Assembly (NCBI GenBank): GCA_038231135.1
Contig: JBBRLX010000005.1
Span: 96,001 to 160,000, forward strand
Source of the DNA: Candidatus Eiseniibacteriota bacterium
GTDB lineage: Bacteria; Eisenbacteria; RBG-16-71-46
DNA: 64,000 bases
Direction of reading: 5' to 3'
A program made the translations under genes and the position numbers. Under the pieces are notes generated by a model. The model saw only the letters and a program-made list of their open reading frames with translations, was not told the origin of the DNA and ran no database searches. Each line of letters begins with the position of its first letter. The first letter of the stretch is position 1. Below are positions 20,901 through 28,049 of the stretch, in pieces.

Positions 20901-22211
20901 GGTCTGCCCCCGGGTGCCACGTTCAGCGACGACGCCACGCATACCACGGGCACGTTCGGCTGGACGCCCGGCTTCACCGCGGCGCCGGGTCCCTACAACG
21001 TCACGTTCACGGCCGCGAACGCGCTGAGCGGCTCGGCGGCCACCAGCATCACGGTGACGAACGTCGATCGCGCGCCGGTGCCCGTCGCGGCGGCTACCGT
21101 CCACGCGATCGCCGGTCAGCCGGTGTCGGTCGGGGTCACCGCCTCCGATCCCGACGGCGACGCGATCGCGTCGCTGACCGCGGCGCTCGGCAACCTGCCG
21201 GCGGGGAACAACGCCGTGTTCACTCCCGGAGCCGCGAACGCCACCGGCACGCTCACCTGGACGCCGGCCGCTGCCGACGTGCGGGCTGCCGCCTACAACG
21301 TAACGTTCACCGCCACGAACGGGCTCAGCGGCACCGCGACCACGGGCATCATCGTGGACTCCGGCGTGCCCACGAACCTGTGCTCGAATCCGGGCTTCGA
21401 GACGAACCTCACGGGCTGGGGACCGAACGGTGGCTCCGTCGTCAGCCGGGTCGCGGGCGGGCAGACGGGCGGTTTCGCGTGCCAGGTGACCGGCCCCGCG
21501 AGCACCGTGCAGTTCGGGCTCAACGACAGTCCCAATATCATGCCGAACACGGCCGCCGGCCGCCGCTACCGCTACACGGTGTCGGTGCGCTCGGCGTCGA
21601 ACACCGGACTGATCCGGCTACGGTTCCGCGAGTACACCAGCTCCGGCGCGCAGGTCGGCGCCACGGTCCAATCGGCGGGGATCACGCTCACGTCTGCCTG
21701 GCAGACCACGACGATGGACTACGTCGCCGTGGGATCGGGGAATACGCTCGACTTCCAGGTGTTCGACTCGCCGCTCGTCGCGGGCGAGACCTACCTCGTG
21801 GACGATGTCTCGGTGACGGCGGTGAGCGGGCTCGTGGCGGCGGGGGAAGAGGGCGTTTTGCCCGCTGGCACCGACGGTCGCTCCCGTGCGCCGGATTCCT
21901 CGAGCGCGATTTTCGAGGCTCGCGGCACGGCAGCGAGGCTGTCGCTCGCGGTGGTTCCCAACCCCGCGCGTGCGAATGCCACGTTGTGGCTGTCGCTACC
22001 GGTGGAGAGTCCGGTTCGCATCGATGTGTTCGACGCGAGCGGGCGCCTGGTGCGGGCACTCGTCGATGATCCGCGTATCTCGCCGGGAGTGCATGAGTTC
22101 GCATTCGACCGACGTGACAACGCAGGATTGATATTGCCCGCGGGAAGTTATTTTTACCGTGTGCGAACCGTGCACGGAAACGTTACGGGACGTTTCGCAA
22201 TCGTTAATTAG
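14973..22211 (+). CDS. Giant secreted protein 2: signal peptide, beta-helix, 11 Ig repeats, CBM4/9-like, 4 Ig repeats, CBM4/9-like, FlgD/T9SS-like C-terminal domain
   Basis: Beta-helix closely paralogous to protein 1 (shared NRLHDNQDTGL and KDGFSIEGNSP). CBM-like modules start NLCPNPSFE and NLCSNPGFE. Ends GSYFYRV...GRFAIVN. True start may be TTG 15027. Confidence 0.88.
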   Translation: MRRDFDHAHPRGTTPDDPLKTARRSRARRHVPGAIALLALGLCLPAVGLADTFYVDGANPGASDANPGTEAQPFRTIQAALDLQALPGNTIYVKPAIYRELVNLPRSGATNNPIIIEGLGTGVIVDGSDNFGTAAQWTPVSGDVYLAASVTWSPLQVFVNGQRLTPSVDAPAFMAANTFRWISGAGLYVNAGGGNPGLQQTLVGRRANGFRLSTKVWVVIRNFTVTRFEDRGIYLSSGSDSSTVYGNTVTFGAKYGIAVTNSDGVTVDGNVVGDHLDHGIYLGSATHCLVRRNESYRNARPNQRAANGIYLTTSTNNRMEGNRLHDNQDTGLHFQDSSNNLSIQNRSYNNGDHGYDHLGTSGVVHINDTAYGNFKDGFSIEGNSPGNTIYNCIAINNGLTTNEFDLWVDPASSVNFTGDYNVFWNSTSQVPVKYVATQYSTVAAYSSVSGQDVHSLQVNPMFADPANGDYHLLGGSPAIDCANSSVPNWPVTDAEGTTRRDDPSTTNTGVGPVTYGDRGALEFIPPGGSGDQAPVILAPVTANGAESGIVTVNVTASDPDGQLINSLTASLTGLPAGSNAVFTTNATQTAGTLTWTPTFADGRAAPYVVSFTASNALSATASTSITVANVDRPPVVTTQHQKAGSENSPITINVTAVDPDLDAITSLTADVSALPAGNNAVFTPNANKNAGTFIWTPTFADSGGPWRVVFVGSNALTGRDTSLITVANVDRAPVVTAPATQTTAENSTLTFSITAVDPDGDPISSLTASGLPAGATFTADPGKASGTFAWTPTFNDGGGPYNVSFSATNVLVGTSVTAVTVTNVDRPPVVTAPAQAAATEGQPLSVAVTATDPDGQTILSLTATGLPPGATFTPNGSRTAGVLDWTPGFDAAPGPDTVRFVATNSLSGSAATAIVIANVDRAPVVTAATSVMASVGQQLVLTISAADPDGEAIASLTANLASLPAGDASFTPNPSNTGGTLRWTPQAADAAGGPYSVTFTAQNARTGTASTTIAVDRPPVVIAPATANATENALLTFTVTASDPDGQPITALTASGLPAGATFVPDGTNTSGTFMWTPPFSAAPGPYAITFTAQNGVPGSATTSVSVANVDRAPVVTAPATAQISDGSLVTVAVTAADPDGDVITALTADVSAIPGGNKPTFVPNGTNTAGMLTWTPQAGQSAAGPYTITFTAQNALGGTATTQLTGDRSPIVTAPASQPATENTPVTFTVTVVDPDGQAIKSLAATGLPAGATFTPDGTNTSGTFAWTPGFTAAPGPYLVTFTASNTRSGSATTSIPVTNVDRAPVVVAPASRTFAVGAPSSFTVMAADSDGDAIASLTASGLPPGATFTAPGAHTTGTFTWTPALADAPGPYTITFTAANAASGSASTTVTVDRPPVVTAPPTQSVNENAPLSFGVTAADPDGQPIGSLVATGLPPGATFTPNGANTAGTFQWTPGFDAAPGPYVVTFTAANGTSGSAGTSIAVHNVDRAPQLLVAGAVSINESQPLSLVVNVADPDGDAVNSLTADLSALPVGNNAQFTVNASRTQGTLTWTPTPNDGRAAPYVVSFTASNALPATSSTSITVVDQISNLCPNPSFESGTTNWNAYGGGTFTRVAGGQEGAFALQVKGPAGTATFGANDSPNFISNATGGTRYRYTAWVRSVSNTGQARLRIREYTPTGVQAGTAMSAPLTLSPAWDVLTLDYVAAGSGNTLDFQVLDNIPVASAETFLLDNVTVFVATSSSPPVVTAPATVTASENAPLTVTVTAADPDGEPINTLTANLSSLPAGNNAVFTTNGSHTVGTLTWTPTFSDAPGSYAVMFTAANTQSSSTGTTITVQNVDRAPVVTAPGARAGVVGQPISIAVTAADPDGDAIGTFTASGLPATATFTPGGGNTSGTFQWTPAAADTGTRTVTFTAQNALPGSASTVITIGTSDHPPVVVAPASKTVAENAPLSFSVTASDPDGQPIASLTATGLPPGATFSDDATHTTGTFGWTPGFTAAPGPYNVTFTAANALSGSAATSITVTNVDRAPVPVAAATVHAIAGQPVSVGVTASDPDGDAIASLTAALGNLPAGNNAVFTPGAANATGTLTWTPAAADVRAAAYNVTFTATNGLSGTATTGIIVDSGVPTNLCSNPGFETNLTGWGPNGGSVVSRVAGGQTGGFACQVTGPASTVQFGLNDSPNIMPNTAAGRRYRYTVSVRSASNTGLIRLRFREYTSSGAQVGATVQSAGITLTSAWQTTTMDYVAVGSGNTLDFQVFDSPLVAGETYLVDDVSVTAVSGLVAAGEEGVLPAGTDGRSRAPDSSSAIFEARGTAARLSLAVVPNPARANATLWLSLPVESPVRIDVFDASGRLVRALVDDPRISPGVHEFAFDRRDNAGLILPAGSYFYRVRTVHGNVTGRFAIVN

Positions 22212-22415
22212 TGGCCCGTCGGACTCTTCGAGTCCGTGTTGCGACGCGTTTGTTCTTGACCCGACGCGTGGCGCAAACGACCATCTCCCGGCACTGCGTT
22301 TTGCGCGTTCATCCCCCCGCGTGTGCGGCCGATCACAACAACTGGACAGATGATCAACGTTCCGTGGCTGATGCTCTTCCCCCCGCCCCGGACCCTAGGG
22401 AAGGTCGGTCCGTTC

Positions 22416-25400
22416 ATGCCGGGATTGCTTCGCCTGGCGGGCGCGCTCGTGCTCGCTGTGACGATCGTAAGTACTGCGGGTGCAGGTACATACTGGGTTG
22501 ACGGGGCCAACCCTCTGGCCTCGAATTCGAATCCGGGCACCCTGCTCGCACCCTACAAGACGATCGACGGCGCCCTGTCCGCCCGCGCGGGATCCGGCAC
22601 CACGATCAACGTGAAGCCCGGAATCTACCGCGAGCAGGTCGAACCGCAGGCAGGAGGCAGCTCGAGCGCCTCCCTGTTGATCCACGCCACCGGCGGCACC
22701 GTAGTGGTCGACGGAGCGGATGACTTCGGCAGGACGTCCGCCTGGGTCCTCTACTCGGGTGACGTGTGGCTGGCCCCGACGGTGACGTGGTCGCCCAAGC
22801 AGGTGTTCCTCGACGGCGGGCGACTCGCCGCATCGACCGCCGCTGTTGCGTCGCTGCCCGTGCGGTCGTTCCGGTACGTTTCGGGCCAGGGGCTCTATGT
22901 GCAGGCGGGCGGCGGCAGCCCGGGCGCGCACGCGCTGCTAGTCGGACGCCGCGCCTACGGGTTCCGCGTGCAGGGCAAACCGTGGATCACGATCGAAGGG
23001 TTCACGGTATCCCACGCCGAGGACAGCGGCATCTACGCGGTGAGCGGAGCGGCGAACGACGTGATGCGCTCGGACACGCTGCTGTACAACGCGCGCTACG
23101 GGGCCTCGGTGTCGACGTCCGAGCACGTGACGATCGGCCCCGGGCTCGCGCTCGGCAACGGCGAGCACGGCGTGCATATCTCGGACGTGTCGAGCGGCAC
23201 GGTGCAGGACTTCGAGTCCGCCTCGAACGGCTTGGCGAGCGGACCCGACGCCGCCGGAATCTGCCTGTACACGGCGGCCAACATCATCGTCCAGCGCTGC
23301 CGGGTCCATCACAACGTCGACGAGGGCATGTTCTACCAGTCGCAATCGAACGCCGTGCAGTCGCTGCAGAATCGCTCGTGGGCGAACGGCGGGGACGGGT
23401 TCTCTCACATCACGTCGAGCGGCACGAAGCACGTCGGCGACGTGTCGTGGGCGAACGGTGGCCGCGGATTCTCGTACCAGGGCTCGACCGGCGCCCAGAT
23501 GTACGACTGCATCGGTGGCGTCGACAAGGGCACGGACCTGTGGGTCGACATCGACTCCCTGGACGGCTTCGGATCCAGCGACAACCTGTGGTGGAACCCG
23601 ACCGCCTCGACGATTGTGACCTGGGGCTACAAGAACTACGGGAGGGTCTCGGACTTCAGCCACTCCACGGGCCTCGAGGCCCGCTCGATCCAGGACGACC
23701 CGTACTTCGTGGACGACCTCGCGGGCGACTTCCGGCTCGCCGAGGGCTCGCCGGCGATCGATTCGGGCAACTCGTCGGTGCTGGGATGGCCCGCGACGGA
23801 CGCGGCGGGGCAGGCGCGCGTCGATGACGCCGGCACCGCCAATTCCGGCCGGGGGCTATCGCTGTTCGCCGATCGCGGCGCGCTCGAATTCGCGCCGGCC
23901 GGCACGCCGCCCGTGGTCCGGCTGGCGCTGTCGCCGGTCGCCGGCCCTCCGCCACTGCTCGTGACCGCCGATGCCTCGGGCACGACGGATCCCGACGGGT
24001 CGATCGTGTCCTACCGGTTCGACCTCGGCGACGGAACACGGACCGCGGCGCAGAGCTCACCCGTAACTTCGCGCTCCTACGGCGAGGGCAACTGGCGCAT
24101 CACGGTTCGCGCCACCGACAACAAGGGCACGGTGTCGGCCCGTAGCGCAGCGGTGCTGGCCACGCTCCCGCCGGTGGCGGCACTGGTCGCGACCGCCAAT
24201 GGCTCCAAGGAACCGCTGCTCGAGACGTTCGACGCCTCGGGCAGCAGCGACGCCGATGGTCGCGCGGCGGCGTATCAGTTCGCCTACGGCGACGGCAGCG
24301 CGTCGTCCGTGCAGGCGTCCCCGTACTCGAGCCATGTCTACAAGATGGGAACGTGGACCGTGACGGTGACCGTCACCGACAACCTCGGCGCCACGTCCAC
24401 CGCCTCCACGATCATCACCGTGAATCCGCCGAACTTAGCGCCCCTGGCACTGCTGCGCCTGATCGCGCCGTACTCGACCGGATTCCGCACGATCCCGACC
24501 AGCGCCTCCAAGGTGTTCCCGGAGGCCGTGGTGTCGAAGCCGGCCTACCTGGTGCCGGCCGTCGACGCCACGTTCGGCACCACGGTGACGCGCATCACGG
24601 GCAATACCGGCACCGCGGTCAATACCGCGCTCGGCCCGGGTAGCTGGAGCATCGACGCCCGGCAGCACTACGCGAAGGACGAGCCGTGGAACTCGGACGG
24701 CACGCTGATCTCGATCGACAACGACGGCGGCTCTCCGACCCGGATCTACCTCGATGCCGAGACCTACAAGGTGCGCCGGGAGATCTGCGGCGAGCACCGG
24801 TTCGGCGACGACCGCTGGCATCCGAGCCTCGCGCACCCGCACGAGCGCATCAGCTGCAGCGGCGACGAGCTGGCGTGGATCGACGTGGTGAGCTGCGTCA
24901 AGACCCGATCGTGGCCGATGCCGTTCCTCGTCAACGGCATCGGCGCTTCCGAAGGCAATCCCAGCGACGACGGCCGGTACGTGGCGCTGTTCGACAACAC
25001 CCGGGTGTTCGTGGTCGACATGGATCCGCAGGCCCCGCTCGCGCTGTATCCCAATTCGCGCATCGGCCCGGCGTTCCCCCTGACGAACTGCGGCCTGTCG
25101 GACTGCAGCGTCGACTGGGTGTCGATTTCCCCATCGGGCAAATACGTCGTGATCAAGTACATCGGCGAGCACATGCGGGTGCTCGACGTCGACCCGGCGA
25201 CGCTGGCGCTCAGCCCGCGCGTGATGCCGGCGTCGTCCCCGCGCTGCTACGGCACCGCGGCGCAGGGTTACGTGTACGACCTCGGCCATCTCGACATGGC
25301 GCGGAATCCGTTCGACAACAACGAGGACGTGATGGTCGGCCAGGAGCACTGTTCGAATCGCGGCCTGGTGTTCAACGGCCAGCTCATGGGCGGCGTCACG

Positions 25401-27068
25401 ATGGTGCGGCTCAAGGACGACAAGGTGACCTCGCTCACCGATCCCACGAACGAGGCGTACGCGCACCACGTGTCGTGCCGCAACCTGCAGCGTCCGGGCT
25501 GGGCCTACGTCACCTACTTCACCGAGCCCGGCAAGCGGTTCAGCAGCGAGATCGTGGCGGTGAAGCTCGACGGCAGCAAGTCGGTGCAGCGGTTCGCCCA
25601 GACCCACACCGACTTCAACGGCTGCTATCGCTGCGAGGCGCACGCTGTGCCGTCGCCCGACGGCCGGCGGGTGATGTGGGCCAGCAACTGGATGCTGTCG
25701 TGCGCGACGTGCGGCACCAAGAGCGACATCAAGGCGTACGTCGCGGATGCCCGCGCGCTGGCGACACCGGACATGCAGCCCATGGCGCCCTATGTCGTGC
25801 AGGCGGACGCGTCGGGCTCGACGGACGCCGACGGGAACGTGGCGTCCTACCGGTTCGACTTCGGCGACGGCGTGACCGCCGGGCCGCAGGCGGCGCCAAC
25901 CGCGCCCCATACCTATCGCGCCGGGCGCTGGACGCTCAAGACGACGATCACCGACAACGACGGCGCGTCGAGCACCAGTGCCATGCAGGTCGCGGTGGCC
26001 GACACCGTGAACCATCGCCCGGTGGCGGCCCTCGTCATGACGCCGCCGGCCGGGCTCGCGCCGCTGGCCGTGGTGGCGGACGCGTCCGGGTCCCGCGATC
26101 TCGAGGGTCCGATCGCGTCCTATCACTTCGACTTCGGCGACGGCACGTCGCTCGACGCCACGACGCCCACCGCGGCCCACCTCTACCCGCCTGGCGGGTG
26201 GCTGGCGAGGGTCATCGTCGTCGACGCGCAAGGGGCGGCCGACACGGCGGAGGCCGAGGTGGTGTCGAGCCCCGCCATTCGCGATTCCACGAGTTCCAAC
26301 CTGGTCGCCAATCCGTCATTCGTGACGGATCTCAGGGGCTGGGCCGGCTACGGCGGCGGCACGCTCACCCGCGAGTCCGGCGGCAGGACCGGTTCCTATG
26401 CGGCGCGCATCCAGGGCCCGCTCACGTATGCGGTGTTCGGGATCAACGACAGCCCGAACTGGGTCATGAAGGTGCCGGCCGCCGGCACGCGCTACCACAT
26501 CTCGGCCTGGGTGCATTCCGCGCTCACGGCGGGGAGATGCCGGCTGCAGGTGCGCGAGTGGCTGAACGGTGTGCAGCAGGGCGACGCCGTGTTCTCACCC
26601 TACGTGCGCCTCGGCACGGCGTGGCAGCAGGTGCTGGTCGACCTGCTCGCGTTCAACGTCGGCAGCACGATTGACGTGCAGGTGCTCGACGAGCCCGTGC
26701 TCGGCAGCGAGGCGTTCTTCGTCGACGACGTGTCGATCGCGCTGACCAAGTCGTCGCCGACGCTCGACTACACCGAGAGCGCCGACCCGGTCTGGTATGC
26801 CCCGCGCATGGCACCGAATCCGATGTTCCGCCGCGGCGAGCTGCAGTTCGTGACGGCCCGGGCGGGCGCGCTCCACGTGGCGGTGTTCGACGTCACCGGC
26901 CGCCGCGTGCGGGTGCTCGCGGACGATCCGTTCGTGTCCGCGGGGGAGCATACGCTGCCGTTCGACGCCCACGACCCGCAGGGGCCGCTGATGCCCGCCG
27001 GGCTGTACTACTACCGGATTGACGGCGCCGACGGACGCACCACCGGGAGATTCGTGCTGGCGCGGTGA
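22416..27068 (+). CDS. Giant secreted protein 3: signal peptide, beta-helix, PKD domains, inserted beta-propeller-like domain, CBM4/9-like, FlgD/T9SS-like C-terminal domain
   Basis: Signal peptide MPGLLRLAGALVLAVTIVSTAGA. Four PKD units with DASGSxDxDG...YxFDFGDG. CBM start NLVANPSF. Ends GLYYYRI...GRFVLAR. Start could lie slightly upstream. Confidence 0.85.
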   Translation: MPGLLRLAGALVLAVTIVSTAGAGTYWVDGANPLASNSNPGTLLAPYKTIDGALSARAGSGTTINVKPGIYREQVEPQAGGSSSASLLIHATGGTVVVDGADDFGRTSAWVLYSGDVWLAPTVTWSPKQVFLDGGRLAASTAAVASLPVRSFRYVSGQGLYVQAGGGSPGAHALLVGRRAYGFRVQGKPWITIEGFTVSHAEDSGIYAVSGAANDVMRSDTLLYNARYGASVSTSEHVTIGPGLALGNGEHGVHISDVSSGTVQDFESASNGLASGPDAAGICLYTAANIIVQRCRVHHNVDEGMFYQSQSNAVQSLQNRSWANGGDGFSHITSSGTKHVGDVSWANGGRGFSYQGSTGAQMYDCIGGVDKGTDLWVDIDSLDGFGSSDNLWWNPTASTIVTWGYKNYGRVSDFSHSTGLEARSIQDDPYFVDDLAGDFRLAEGSPAIDSGNSSVLGWPATDAAGQARVDDAGTANSGRGLSLFADRGALEFAPAGTPPVVRLALSPVAGPPPLLVTADASGTTDPDGSIVSYRFDLGDGTRTAAQSSPVTSRSYGEGNWRITVRATDNKGTVSARSAAVLATLPPVAALVATANGSKEPLLETFDASGSSDADGRAAAYQFAYGDGSASSVQASPYSSHVYKMGTWTVTVTVTDNLGATSTASTIITVNPPNLAPLALLRLIAPYSTGFRTIPTSASKVFPEAVVSKPAYLVPAVDATFGTTVTRITGNTGTAVNTALGPGSWSIDARQHYAKDEPWNSDGTLISIDNDGGSPTRIYLDAETYKVRREICGEHRFGDDRWHPSLAHPHERISCSGDELAWIDVVSCVKTRSWPMPFLVNGIGASEGNPSDDGRYVALFDNTRVFVVDMDPQAPLALYPNSRIGPAFPLTNCGLSDCSVDWVSISPSGKYVVIKYIGEHMRVLDVDPATLALSPRVMPASSPRCYGTAAQGYVYDLGHLDMARNPFDNNEDVMVGQEHCSNRGLVFNGQLMGGVTMVRLKDDKVTSLTDPTNEAYAHHVSCRNLQRPGWAYVTYFTEPGKRFSSEIVAVKLDGSKSVQRFAQTHTDFNGCYRCEAHAVPSPDGRRVMWASNWMLSCATCGTKSDIKAYVADARALATPDMQPMAPYVVQADASGSTDADGNVASYRFDFGDGVTAGPQAAPTAPHTYRAGRWTLKTTITDNDGASSTSAMQVAVADTVNHRPVAALVMTPPAGLAPLAVVADASGSRDLEGPIASYHFDFGDGTSLDATTPTAAHLYPPGGWLARVIVVDAQGAADTAEAEVVSSPAIRDSTSSNLVANPSFVTDLRGWAGYGGGTLTRESGGRTGSYAARIQGPLTYAVFGINDSPNWVMKVPAAGTRYHISAWVHSALTAGRCRLQVREWLNGVQQGDAVFSPYVRLGTAWQQVLVDLLAFNVGSTIDVQVLDEPVLGSEAFFVDDVSIALTKSSPTLDYTESADPVWYAPRMAPNPMFRRGELQFVTARAGALHVAVFDVTGRRVRVLADDPFVSAGEHTLPFDAHDPQGPLMPAGLYYYRIDGADGRTTGRFVLAR

Positions 27069-27236
27069 GACGGACGGTTCCAGCTGGCTCCCACGGGGCC
27101 GGATGGTAGAATGGCAGTCACACGACCGGCGGTCCGCTGCCACGGTCCCCAACGCCGGGCGCGGGGCCCTGGTGGCCCCTGATTCCGCCGCCACGTGACG
27201 CACGGCACGTGCAGACCCCTCTCGCGGGCGGATTCC

Positions 27237-28003
27237 ATGCGACGGATCGAATTCACCGGTTGCACCGGCGTCGGCAAGACGCGACTCACGGGCGCTGTCC
27301 GGCGTGAGATGGAACGCCGCGGGGTCGCGGTATGGTCTCCGTTCGAGGTGGCGTTCGGCCGTCGCGCCGGGCGCTGGGTCGCGAAGGACTCGGCGCGCAA
27401 TCTCGCGCTCGACGTCGTTCTGCTGCCGTTGGGAACGGCGTTCTGTCTGCGCCGCCCGCGACTCGCGTGGCTCCTGTTCACCTGCCTGATGCGACACCGG
27501 TCGGATCCCGGCCGGACGCTGGCGAGGGCGCGCGGCGTGCTGGGCAAGCTCGGCACTCACGTGCTGCTGCGGTTGAACGGACGCCGGCAGGTTACGTGCT
27601 CGTCGACGAGGGGCTCGCGCACACACTGCACCACGTGCTCGTGTGGGATCCGGCTCCGTTACGACCGGGCGTGGTGGACCGGTTCGGCGATCTGGTGCCG
27701 CTCGAGGGTCATCTGGTGTTCGTGCGGTCACCGCTCGACACGATTCTCGATCGCACGCGCCGGCGCGCCGACCCGCCGCAGCCGGGGGCCGCCCCCATGG
27801 CGATGGCGGCGTTTGCGGCCCGCGCGATCGATGTGTTCGCCCGGCTCGAGCGGCACGAGCGCGTCGCCGTCCGCAGGCTCGTGGTGCACCCGGCGGAGGG
27901 CGCGAGCGGAATCGAGCACGCGGCAGTGCAACTCGTCGATGTCCTGTGCGTCGCGGAGCCACGGGCCCGCGTCCACGGGGCCTCATCCGCCGCTGGCCGG
28001 TGA
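27237..28003 (+). pseudogene. P-loop (nucleotide/sugar kinase-like) protein split by a single frameshift near 27580-27595
   Basis: MRRIEFTGCTGVGKT (Walker A) lies in one frame. YVLVDEG (Walker B) and LVFVRSPLDTILDRTRRR (lid-like) continue in the -1 frame to the stop at 28003. Confidence 0.65.
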
Positions 28004-28049
28004 TCGGCACCGCCGGCGGGCCACGCGGTCACGCCGTGGCGACTCCCGC

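Noticed and set aside
10078..21360. Long periodic repeats as a CRISPR array or non-coding tandem repeat
   Set aside because: Units are about 280-300 bp, degenerate at third codon positions and in frame. They are coding Ig-like repeats.
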